Of a stretch of DNA of 64,000 nucleotides, positions 24,401 to 34,514 are shown piece after piece. Under the pieces are notes generated by a model. That model made no database searches. It worked only from the letters and a program-made list of their open reading frames with translations, and was not told the origin of the DNA. The stretch comes from Azolla caroliniana (Eukaryota > Plantae > Polypodiophyta), in NCBI GenBank assembly GCA_043228905.1, contig JBHGNT010000015.1:4712001-4776000 (forward strand), given 5' to 3'. Every line of letters begins with the position of its first letter. Within the stretch, counting starts at the first letter, position 1. A program made the position numbers and the translations under genes.

Positions 24401-27048
24401 GGCGTGAAAAGTGATCTTCCATTTGTCTCTCGGTCGGATCTGCATGAGGTTATATGCTCCTCGTAGGTCGATTTTTGTAAAAAACTTGGCACCATTTACT
24501 CGCTCTAAAAGGCTTGATATAAGGGGAAGTGCATACCTATTCCTGATGGTGACCTTATTCAAGTCGTGGTAATGAACGACGAGACGAAGTGATCCATCTT
24601 TCTTCTTCACAAAGAAAATGGGTGCACCGGCCGAAGATTTCGAGTGACGAATAAACCCGCTTGCCAAATTCTCTTCTATGTAGGCTCGAAGGACTTCTAA
24701 CTCAATTGGTGACAAGTTGTAAATTGGTCCCCATGGTTGCTCTGTTCTTGGTTGTAAATCGATGGGACAATCATAGGGACGATGATGAGGAAGAGTACCG
24801 GCTTTTACCTTGTTAAATACATCGGCATAAGGATGATATTTCACCGGAAGTTGAACTAAGGATTCCTTCTAGTATTGCTGTAAGGATGTACTGATATTGA
24901 AAATAGAAACATTGCCTCCTTGCATCCTTCTTCGCGTAATTGATGGAGTGAAATGGTCGAAACTCGATGAGTAGATTCTCGGGGTTTTCGATACCAGACT
25001 TCTCTTGTTCTCCAATCTATGTCTAGATTATGTAATTCAAACCAAGGTAATCCCAGGACAATGGGATGCTCTGGACTACTAATTATCTTAAATGATACCA
25101 CACACACAAAACTACCTAGGACAACTTGAATGGGTTCTAACTCTTCTATAATATTCCCGGAAGCAATGGGACGACCATCAATGACTACTACAGATGCGGG
25201 GCAAGGAAGTTTTCTTAAGGATATCTGAGAAGCTTGGGCAAAATTCCGATCCATGAAACAGGAATTGGCTCCGGAATCTAAAAGTGCTAAGATGTGTACT
25301 GGAGGGGTACTTTTAGTACTAACCATGACTTGGGCTAAGAACACATTGCTAACTTGCTTAGAGGGAATGGAACCCCTAATGGGCTGCACAGATCTAGGGT
25401 TGTCCAACCAAACGGCTCCTATTTTGGCTGGACTTAGTCGTTTAACTCTTCTTTTAATTGACTAAGGATTTCAAATTTGTTTCAGATTCCTGGGCTATCA
25501 GTACTATTAATACTATCAGACACTCCTAAGGGAATTGACTCGGGTTTAGTACAGGCTACGATTTGTTTTACCTGTCTTCTTGGCCTATGGGGACAGTTGA
25601 TTGCTATATGCCCTGGTCCACCGCAATAAATATATAATTGATTTGCACATCGTCGTTGCTTTTCTTCTTCCGATAACGGGCCACGTCGACCCATGGTGTC
25701 GATCTCCATCGGTGTTGGAGTATTTGCCTGAGATACATCTCGTGCAAACGATGTAGCTGCGATTGAGGCGTCTGTGGGCTCTGGCCTACGACGTGGTATT
25801 TGTAATGGATGTTCCGAACGTCGTTCGAAAAGGCGGTTGTTGCATCAGACTACTCGACTGATTGCCTCTGTAAGAGACTTTGGTTCTTCAGGGAAGGTTA
25901 AAAGTAAATATTTGACATCGTTTTGCAGGTTGTAGCGAAACTGCTCCATTAGTGCCTGATCATCCCAGGGAATATCTGAGGCGAGTAGACGGAAATTTTC
26001 CGTGTAGGCAGAGGTTGGACGATCGCCTTGACGCAAACGTCGGATTTTGTTGATCGCCGTCCTGATGCTGTCGGTATCTCCGAAGCAAGCTTTAAACTCG
26101 CTAATAAAGTCTTCAAAGTTATTAAACAAGGGCGATTGTTTTTCTAGAAGCGGAGCGAACCATGCCAAGGTTGAGCCACTAAGCAACGTGCATATTAGGC
26201 CTACTCGGGATGCATCAATGGGGTATTGGGAAGGATGCATTTGAATGACTAAGCGTACCTGATTAAGGAATACCCTGAATTGTGATTGCAAGAAGTCCAA
26301 TCTTGGGCTCTTTATGAAATCCTTGGGGACTTGATCCTTGTTGTTGCAACGCCACGATGGTTGCTTCGAGTTGTTGTACACGTAACGCTAACTCCCCATG
26401 TTGTGGTTGCGTTTACTGTTTTTCTAGATCGATTTGTTGAAGATCCCCTAACAATCGTTGGTTTTCTTGTTCCAATGCAACAAATTTTTCTTTTCGACAC
26501 TGTAGCTCGAAAAAAATGGATTGATATTCTTGGGCGCTAACAGTAGCCATAATATTGGAAGAAAAAAAGGGGTAAGAGGATGAGGGAAATCGAAAACAAG
26601 ACTAGAGGAAGAAAATTGGTTCAAATTGTCAGGAATAGAACAAAAACAGAGAGAGAATTAGTACTGGAGAAGGGAAGTACTATTAGTACTAAGAGGACGG
26701 GACTGTGTAAGACTCACGAGAGAGGAAGAGAGAGAGATAGCGAGGACGAGAGAGAGAGAGAGTGATGATGATAACTGATGATATATTGTATGAAGAGTAA
26801 GTACAAAATAGCTATGAGGTTTAAGACTAGCGTTGAACCAATTTGGTTCGAAATAATGCCTTCTGCCTCCTTTTATAGTGCTCTCAGGAGTAGTCCTAAA
26901 GCTTCTAGAATGTTCTAGAGAAATCTGGAATATACATTAATTTTCTATGGTAAAACTTAAATGAAAATAATATCCTATTTATTACAATAGATAGTGTAAT
27001 GGTCAAGAGCTCGACCCATATAACATAAGGTCATGGGTTATCATGACA
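21499..27048 (-). mobile_element. Gy2: full-length, decayed Ty3/Gypsy chromovirus (second family)
   Basis: LTRs 21499-21904 and 26627-27048, TSD CAGTG/GAGTG, gag ~25434-26500, LLDSGA, YLDD, integrase, frameshifted chromodomain (KLYYLVDW...TWEP). Confidence 0.93.
26613..26624 (-). promoter_or_regulatory. Gy2 self-priming type PBS
   Basis: Minus strand TTGAACCAATTT lies 2 nt inside the 5' LTR and is a perfect 12-nt complement of LTR segment 26833-26844. Confidence 0.75.
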
Positions 27049-28310
27049 GAGTGTCGAAGTTTCTCATTTGCCGATGTAAGTGCTTTCTTGACTCCGAGTG
27101 ACCTCATAAGAGGCACATCAAAGCCATCGAACTAACTATCGAGTGAGTGAGTTGATTTGTTGCTATTGAAGTGATTGTCTTCATATTCCAGCATTTTGGC
27201 CTTTCCTTTGTCATCTTAGGACTTGGCCGAGATATGCTTTGGTTGCTCGGAGGCTCTTGTGGTCTGCTCAATCTGGTTGAGATCGGACTCTCTTCGAGTA
27301 TTAACCTTAGTTTATCATCATCTTCTGTGTTGTCGAGGTCGGTTGTAGATGGTTTGGGAGGAGTCGGCTCGGGTTTGTACCATGATGTCCTGTAGAGAAT
27401 AGCACAAAATATAGCTCGGCCACAACCGAGTCTTCAACACTTCAATAAGAATCAAACACAGAAATGGGAAGTAGGGAGTGAACGCATGTACACACATGAG
27501 TCGATAGAGAAGACACAAGATGTTTATGTGGAAAACCCTAATGGGGAAAAACCACGAGAGCCCAAAAGCTCTGAACTATCACTATATGAGAAAGGTACAA
27601 TCAGAGACTCGAAGACAACGACCTCAAGCTCTGTTACTTCGCCAGGCGGCTGTTACAACAGAAACTGTTCTGTATCTCGCTCTCTCCCACTCTTCTTCTC
27701 TCTCTCTCTCTGCCACTGTTATACACATACTACAATATGACTACAACACCATCTAAAGTGATTGCCCTAAGTTATATTTATACTTATATGAACATAGGGC
27801 TATTTACAAATATAGCCTCAATAGGCTTATTCAAACATATTTACAAAATGTCTTCTCTTCCAGTCCATCGGGTCCACCGATCCAGTTTCCGGATCTCTTC
27901 CGGTTCTCTCTGGGTCCTCTTCATTCATAACCGGATCCCATCCGGAGGGACCTGTTTTGCCAACAATCTCCCCCTTCACTCCGGCATGGGATGTCTTGCA
28001 AGCCCGATCCACTTTCGGCACACGTTTAGCTTGTCGGTTATTAGCACCTTTGTAAGCATATCCGACCCGTTCTTCTTAGTGTGGATATTAGTTAGCAAGA
28101 ACTCTTGATCTTCTGCTCTCTCCCGGGTCCAGTGGTACCTCCGCTGGATATGTTTCGTCCGGGAATGGTAGGCCGTGTTCTTTGCAAGGTGGATGGCACT
28201 TTGACTGTCGCAGTAGAGCCGATATTCCTCCTGTTGGATTCCTATCTCTCCGATGAAGTCCTTCATCCAGATTATCTCCTTGCCGGCTTCTACAACTGCC
28301 ATGTACTCCG

Positions 28311-31300
28311 TGTTGGGATTTCGGTCCCTCCGGATGGGATGTCCGGAGATGAATGACGGCAAGCCCGGAGGCTGTTACGGAACCGGGTGATGAAGAGTAC
28401 CCGGCATGAAGCCGGATGAAGAGTACCCGGCTACGGATCCGGATGATGAAGACCCCGGTTACGGAGCCGAATGCTGAAGACCCCGGTTACGGAGCCAGAT
28501 GACGTATGTACCCGGAGAGAGATCCGGATGCGGGAACATATTGTTGAATATGTTTGCCAAGGGCCCTTGAGGCTATATTTGTAAATAGCCCGAAAGTCAT
28601 ATGTGTATAAATATGACTTAGGGCAAACAGTTTGTTGTTGTTGCTCATTTTCTGTTTTCACTGAGAGAGAGAGTGAAGAGAGCAGCAGAGAGAGAGAGAG
28701 AGAGAGAGAAAGACGAAGAGGTCGTTGCCTCTGTGTATTACCGCCGCCTGTGGCGAAGACAGTGAGCTCAAGGTTGTTGCCTTGTAGCTTCACCATTGTA
28801 CATCTCTGTGTATAGTGATAGTTGGAGTTTGAGGACTCCCGTGGTTTTTCCCTATTTAGGGTTTTCCACGTAAAACATCCTGTATACTCTTCTCTCTATT
28901 GTCTTCGTGCATTTCTTGTATTTCCCGTTTTCTGTGAATCGATCCTATTCCTCGGTTGTGGCCGAGCTCTGTGGTTCAACAAGTGGTATCAGAGCGACGG
29001 TAACACAGAAAATGGAAGGCGGCGGTAGTGGGCCTCCGGGCATGATGGTGTTGAACTCACAGAACTACGCCGACTGGAAGATAAAGATGGAAGACCTTCT
29101 CATCGTCCGAGACCTGTATGAACCGATCGACAATGCCGAGATACCCAAGGGGGTAATAGAGTCGGAGTGGAAGCTCCTGAACCGGAAAGCCGTAGCGACG
29201 ATCCGGCAATATGTTGATGTAAGCGTCCTACAACATGTGGCGAACGACACCAACGCATATGAGATGTGGAAGAAGCTGTCGGGCCTCTACGAGAGGAAGA
29301 ATGCGTTGAACCGGACCTCCCTGATGAGGAAGATAGTGAACCTCAAGTACCGGGACGGCGAGAATATGGTGGAACACGTGAGCACGTTCATGGGATTTGT
29401 GAACCAGCTTGCGGCGATCAAGTTCCCGTTGGAGGATGCAATGCAAGCCATCATTCTGATGTGTACATTGCCGGAGAGCTGGGAGAACTTGGTGGTGACT
29501 CTCAGCACCTCCTGCACCGAAGATAACTTGTCTCTACAAACGGTAAAGACAAGCATTTTGAACGAAGAAGCGCGTCGGAGAGATAAAGAACCGGTTTCCG
29601 ATCCGAAGATGCTGCTTACCGAATCAGATCGGGGAAGACAATGGAACCGGAGTCCGCAAAGACGGGAGAAGTCGGGGACCCGGTCGCAGTCAAGAGGAAG
29701 GCCCACATGCTTCCACTGTGGGAAGCCGGGGCACTTCCGGAAGAATTGTCGGCATTACCGAAAGGACAACGGAGCCGTCGACACCGATTCGAAGAAGTCA
29801 CCGGAGAGAAACGGTGCATACCGAGGAGCCACGGACCGGAGAGGTCCGGATCGGCGAGGGCAGGACCGGAAAGGAACGACGGCACTCGCGGCAAGTGAAG
29901 AAGAGATAATGCTCATTACCGAAGAAAGGGAGCTGAACCTTGCCGGTGAAGAGATGACCTGGGTGGTCGATTCCGGAGCGTCGTTCCACCTGACCCCGGA
30001 GAAGAAATACTTCTCATCCTACACAGCCGGTGAGCATGGCTATGTCCGGATGGGAAATGAAGGTACATGCCGGATTGCCGGCATAGGAGACGTGTGGCTG
30101 ATGACATCAACCGGATACAAGATGCTGCTGAAGGATGTTCGACACGTTCCGGAGGTTCGATTGAACCTGATTTCGGCCGGGAGGCTAGACGATGAAGGCT
30201 ACACGGGTAGCATCCGGAACGGTGTCATGAAGTTCAGCAAAGGGAGCCTGATAGTGGCTCGGGCCCGGAAGGTCAACACACTGTACCTGATGAATTCCCG
30301 GCTATGTCCGGAGGAGCTGAACGTGGCAGCTGACCCTGCTGGTGAGCTATGGCACAAGAGACTGTGCCACATGAGCGAGAAGGGGATGAAGAGGCTTGCA
30401 GAAGACAACCTTATTCCAGTGAAGCATGTGCACCTGGAGAAGTGCACTGATTGCCTGGCCGGTAAGCAGAACCGAACCTATTTCCACTCAAGGCCACCGA
30501 CGAGACGTAGTGTACCATTGGAGTTGGTGCACACTGATGTGTGTCAGGTAGAAACGAAGTCACATGGCGGAGCCCAATATTTCGTAACATTCATAGATGA
30601 CCATAGCCGGAAGCTGTGGACGGCACCGTTGAAGACAAAGGACCAAGTATTGTCCGTCTTCAAAGAACTCCACGCGAGAGTGGAAAGGGAATCCGGCAAG
30701 AAGCTGAAAGCGATACGAGCGGATAACGGAGGGGAATACCGGGGGCACTTCGCGGAGTACTGTCGCTCGAAGGGAATCCGGCTCGAGTTTACTGTGCCGA
30801 AGACGCCGGAACTGAACGGGCTGGCCGAGAGGATGAACCGGACCATAATGGAGAGGGTCCGGAGTATGCTGGCGCATGCGAAATTACCCAAGGGGTTTTG
30901 GGCTGAGGCAATGTCGACGGCGACATACGTGATAAACAGATCACCCTCAGCACCTTTGGACGGAGACACGCCGCAGAGAGTGTGGTCCGGTAGGGAAGTA
31001 TCCTACCGGCATCTGAAGGTGTTCGGGTGTCTCGCATACGTGCATGTGGCAAAGGACCGGAGAGGAAAGCTAGATCCAAAGACCCGGCCATGCATATTCC
31101 TCGGTTACGGCGATGACGAGTTCGGCTACCGAGTATGGGACCCGGTCGACAAGAAGATATTCAGGAGTCGAGATATCATCTTCATGGAGGACAAGACACT
31201 CGCCGACTGGGAGTCGGAGAAGAAGATGAAGAGCTCCAAGTCGACCGGTGAGGATCAACTCTACGAGGAGCAGTCCCGACCGGCAAGGGACCGGTTAGCA

Positions 31301-33766
31301 CTCGAGGATCCGGCCGAAGACGGTGAAGAAACAGAACCGGCCGAGGAAGATGAAACTGATACCGGAACCGGCCCCGATCCCGAAATGGATTCGGATGAAG
31401 AGGAAACGGAGGAGCCGGTTACCGAAGCTCCGGAACGGAGATATCCTCTAAGAGAGAGAAGGGCCCCCCGGAGATTTCCGGAACCAGAGCACGTGCTGAT
31501 AACCGACGAGGGGGAGCCGGAGAGTTTTGAAGAAGCAAAGCTTGACACCCATAGCCGCAGGTGGTTAAGTGCCATGCAGGAGGAGATGGATTCCCTGCAT
31601 GAGAACCACACATATGAACTTGTGGAGTTGCCGAAAGGAAAGCGGGCACTTCGAAACAAGTGGGTGTTCAAGCTGAAACCGGGAGATGCCGGAAACTCCC
31701 CGAGATACAAAGCCAGGATCGTGGTGAAGGGGTTCCAGCAGAAGAAGGGCGTCGACTTCGACGAGATATTTTCCCCGGTAGTGAAGATGACCTCCATCCG
31801 GACGGTGCTGAGCATAGCGGCAAGCATGGACCTCGAGGTAGAACAGATGGACGTGAAGACGGCATTCCTTCACGGTGACCTCGAAGAAGAGTTCTACATG
31901 CAGCAACCGGAAGGATTCGAGAAGAAAGGGAAGGAGCACCTGGTATGCCGGTTGAAGAAGAGCCTTTACGGACTGAAGCAGGCTCCCCGGCAATGGTACC
32001 GGAAGTTCGACTCCTTCATGAACGACGAAGGGTACCACAAAATGCAGTCCGATCATTGCGTGTTTGTGAAGAAGTTCGGAGGAGGAGACTTCCTAATACT
32101 CCTCCTGTACGTGGACGACATGTTGATCGTCGGACGGGACCAGGTCAAGATACAGATGTTGAAGAAAGCACTTCACCGAACCTTCTCAATGAAGGACCTG
32201 GGTCCGGCGAGGCAAATACTAGGGATGCACATCATCCGGGACCGGAAGAAGAAGCAGTTGTGGCTGTCACAGGAGAAGTACGTGACAAAGGTGCTTCAAC
32301 GGTTCAACATGTCGGAAGCAAGACCGGTCGGATCGACCCTCCCGGTAAACTGCAAGTTATCCGGCAAGCAAAGTCCCAAGACAAAGGTTGAAAAGGAGGA
32401 TATGATGAAGATACCATATGCCTCTGCCGTAGGAAGCTTGATGTACGCAATGGTGTGTACAAGACCAGACATAGGATATGCAGTCGAAGTGGTGAGCCGG
32501 TACATGAGCAATCCCGGTAAAGAGCACTGGAACGCGGTCAAGTGGATACTCCGATACCTGAAGGGCACGGCAAACGTGTGCCTCCGATTCGGCTCCGGTA
32601 AGCCCGAACTTGATGGATTTACCGATTCGGACATGTCGGCTGATGTGGATACCAGCCGGTCTACATCAGGGTACGTAATGACATATGCAGGGGGAGCCGT
32701 TTCGTGGCAGTCGAGGTTGCAGAAGACGGTTGCGTTGTCAACCACGGAGGCGGAGTACATGGCGGCTGTTGAAGCCGGCAAGGAAGTAATATGGATGAAG
32801 GACTTCATTAGAGAGCTCGGTATCCGGCAGGAGGAGTACCGACTCTACTGCGATAGTCAGAGTGCCATCCACCTTGCGAAGAACGCGGCCTACCATTCCC
32901 GGACGAAACACATCCAGCGTAGATACCACTGGATCCGGGAAAGGATAGAAGACAAGGAGTTCGTGCTGACGAAGATCCACACGGACGAGAACGGGTCGGA
33001 TATGCTGACCAAGGTGCTCACACCCGACAAGCTGGAAGCATGCCGGAAGAGGATCGGGTTGGAGAGACATCCCATGCCGAAGTGAAGGGGGAGTTTGTTG
33101 GGATTTCGGTCCCTCCGGATGGGATGTCCGGAGATGAATGACGGCAAGCCCGGAGGCTGTTACGGAACCGGGTGATGAAGAGTACCCGGCATGAAGCCGG
33201 ATGAAGAGTACCCGGCTACGGATCCGGATGATGAAGACCCCGGTTACGGAGCCGAATGCTGAAGACCCCGGTTACGGAGCCAGATGACGTATGTACCCGG
33301 AGAGAGATCCGGATGCGGGGACATATTTGTGAATATGTTTGCCAAGGGCCCTTGAGGCTATATTTGTAAATAGCCCGAAAGTCATATGTGTATAAATATG
33401 ACTTAGGGCAAACAGTTTGTTGTTGTTGCTCATTTTCTGTTTTCACTGAGAGAGAGAGTGAAGAGAGCAGCAGAGAGAGAGAGAGAGAGAGAGAAAGACG
33501 AAGAGGTCGTTGCCTCTGTGTATTACCGCCGCCTGTGGCGAAGACAGTGAGCTCAAGGTTGTTGCCTTGTAGCTTCACCATTGTACATCTCTGTGTATAG
33601 TGATAGTTGGAGTTTGAGGACTCCCGTGGTTTTTCCCTATTTAGGGTTTTCCACGTAAAACATCCTGTATACTCTTCTCTCTATTGTCTTCGTGCATTTC
33701 TTGTATTTCCCGTTTTCTGTGAATCTATCCTATTCCTCGGTTGTGGCCGAGCTCTGTGGTTCAACA
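28311..33766 (+). mobile_element. Copia D (A family), intact
   Basis: 671-bp LTRs at 28311-28981 and 33096-33766 differing at about 4 positions, perfect TSD CTCCG, PBS 28984-95, PPT. Confidence 0.97.
29012..33085 (+). CDS. Copia D gag-pol polyprotein (~1357 aa)
   Basis: Uninterrupted ORF: CFHCGKPGHFRKNC, VVDSGA, integrase core, YVDD, RNase H. Confidence 0.96.
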   Translation: MEGGGSGPPGMMVLNSQNYADWKIKMEDLLIVRDLYEPIDNAEIPKGVIESEWKLLNRKAVATIRQYVDVSVLQHVANDTNAYEMWKKLSGLYERKNALNRTSLMRKIVNLKYRDGENMVEHVSTFMGFVNQLAAIKFPLEDAMQAIILMCTLPESWENLVVTLSTSCTEDNLSLQTVKTSILNEEARRRDKEPVSDPKMLLTESDRGRQWNRSPQRREKSGTRSQSRGRPTCFHCGKPGHFRKNCRHYRKDNGAVDTDSKKSPERNGAYRGATDRRGPDRRGQDRKGTTALAASEEEIMLITEERELNLAGEEMTWVVDSGASFHLTPEKKYFSSYTAGEHGYVRMGNEGTCRIAGIGDVWLMTSTGYKMLLKDVRHVPEVRLNLISAGRLDDEGYTGSIRNGVMKFSKGSLIVARARKVNTLYLMNSRLCPEELNVAADPAGELWHKRLCHMSEKGMKRLAEDNLIPVKHVHLEKCTDCLAGKQNRTYFHSRPPTRRSVPLELVHTDVCQVETKSHGGAQYFVTFIDDHSRKLWTAPLKTKDQVLSVFKELHARVERESGKKLKAIRADNGGEYRGHFAEYCRSKGIRLEFTVPKTPELNGLAERMNRTIMERVRSMLAHAKLPKGFWAEAMSTATYVINRSPSAPLDGDTPQRVWSGREVSYRHLKVFGCLAYVHVAKDRRGKLDPKTRPCIFLGYGDDEFGYRVWDPVDKKIFRSRDIIFMEDKTLADWESEKKMKSSKSTGEDQLYEEQSRPARDRLALEDPAEDGEETEPAEEDETDTGTGPDPEMDSDEEETEEPVTEAPERRYPLRERRAPRRFPEPEHVLITDEGEPESFEEAKLDTHSRRWLSAMQEEMDSLHENHTYELVELPKGKRALRNKWVFKLKPGDAGNSPRYKARIVVKGFQQKKGVDFDEIFSPVVKMTSIRTVLSIAASMDLEVEQMDVKTAFLHGDLEEEFYMQQPEGFEKKGKEHLVCRLKKSLYGLKQAPRQWYRKFDSFMNDEGYHKMQSDHCVFVKKFGGGDFLILLLYVDDMLIVGRDQVKIQMLKKALHRTFSMKDLGPARQILGMHIIRDRKKKQLWLSQEKYVTKVLQRFNMSEARPVGSTLPVNCKLSGKQSPKTKVEKEDMMKIPYASAVGSLMYAMVCTRPDIGYAVEVVSRYMSNPGKEHWNAVKWILRYLKGTANVCLRFGSGKPELDGFTDSDMSADVDTSRSTSGYVMTYAGGAVSWQSRLQKTVALSTTEAEYMAAVEAGKEVIWMKDFIRELGIRQEEYRLYCDSQSAIHLAKNAAYHSRTKHIQRRYHWIRERIEDKEFVLTKIHTDENGSDMLTKVLTPDKLEACRKRIGLERHPMPK

Positions 33767-34514
33767 CTCCGCCCCCGTGGTTGACAATGCAACCGTCTTC
33801 TGCAACCTCGACTGCCACGAAACAGCTCCCCTTGCATAAGTCATGACATATCCTGATGTAGACTGGTTGGAATCCGCATCAACCAACATATCTGAATCCG
33901 TGAATCCGTCAAGTTGGGGTTTACTGGAGCCGAACCGGAGGCACATACTCGAGGTGCCTTTCAGATACCAGAGTATCCACTTGACCGCATTCCAATGCTC
34001 TCTTCCGGGATTAATCATGAACCGGCTGACTACTCCTATAATGTAACTAATGTCCGGCCGGGTACTCACCATTGCATACATCAAGCGAAGGTAGAGGCAT
34101 ATGGTATCTTCATCATATTCTTCTTCTCTGCCTTTGTCCTCGGGCTTTGCTTTCCAAGCAACTTGCAATTTTCCAGAAGTGTTGATCCGACCGGTTTCGC
34201 CTCCGACATGTTGAACCTTTGAAGCACCTTTGTCATGTACTTCTCCTGTGACAACCACAACAACTTCTTTGACTAGTCCCGAATGATGTGCATTCCCAAT
34301 ATTTGTCTTGCCGGACCCAAGTCTTTCATTGAGAAGGTCTGGTTCAGAGCCTTCTTCAGCATCCGGATCTTGCCTTGGTCTCGTCAAACGATCAACATAT
34401 CATCCACATATAGGAGAATTATCAGGAAATATCCTCCGTCAAATTTCTTCACAAACATGCAGTGATCGGCCTGCGTCTTGTGATACCCTTGGTCGGTCAT
34501 GAAGGAGTCGAACT

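Noticed and set aside
28365-28505. CRISPR-like repeat array
   Set aside because: Head-to-tail degenerate LTR repeats without unique spacers, in a eukaryotic context.
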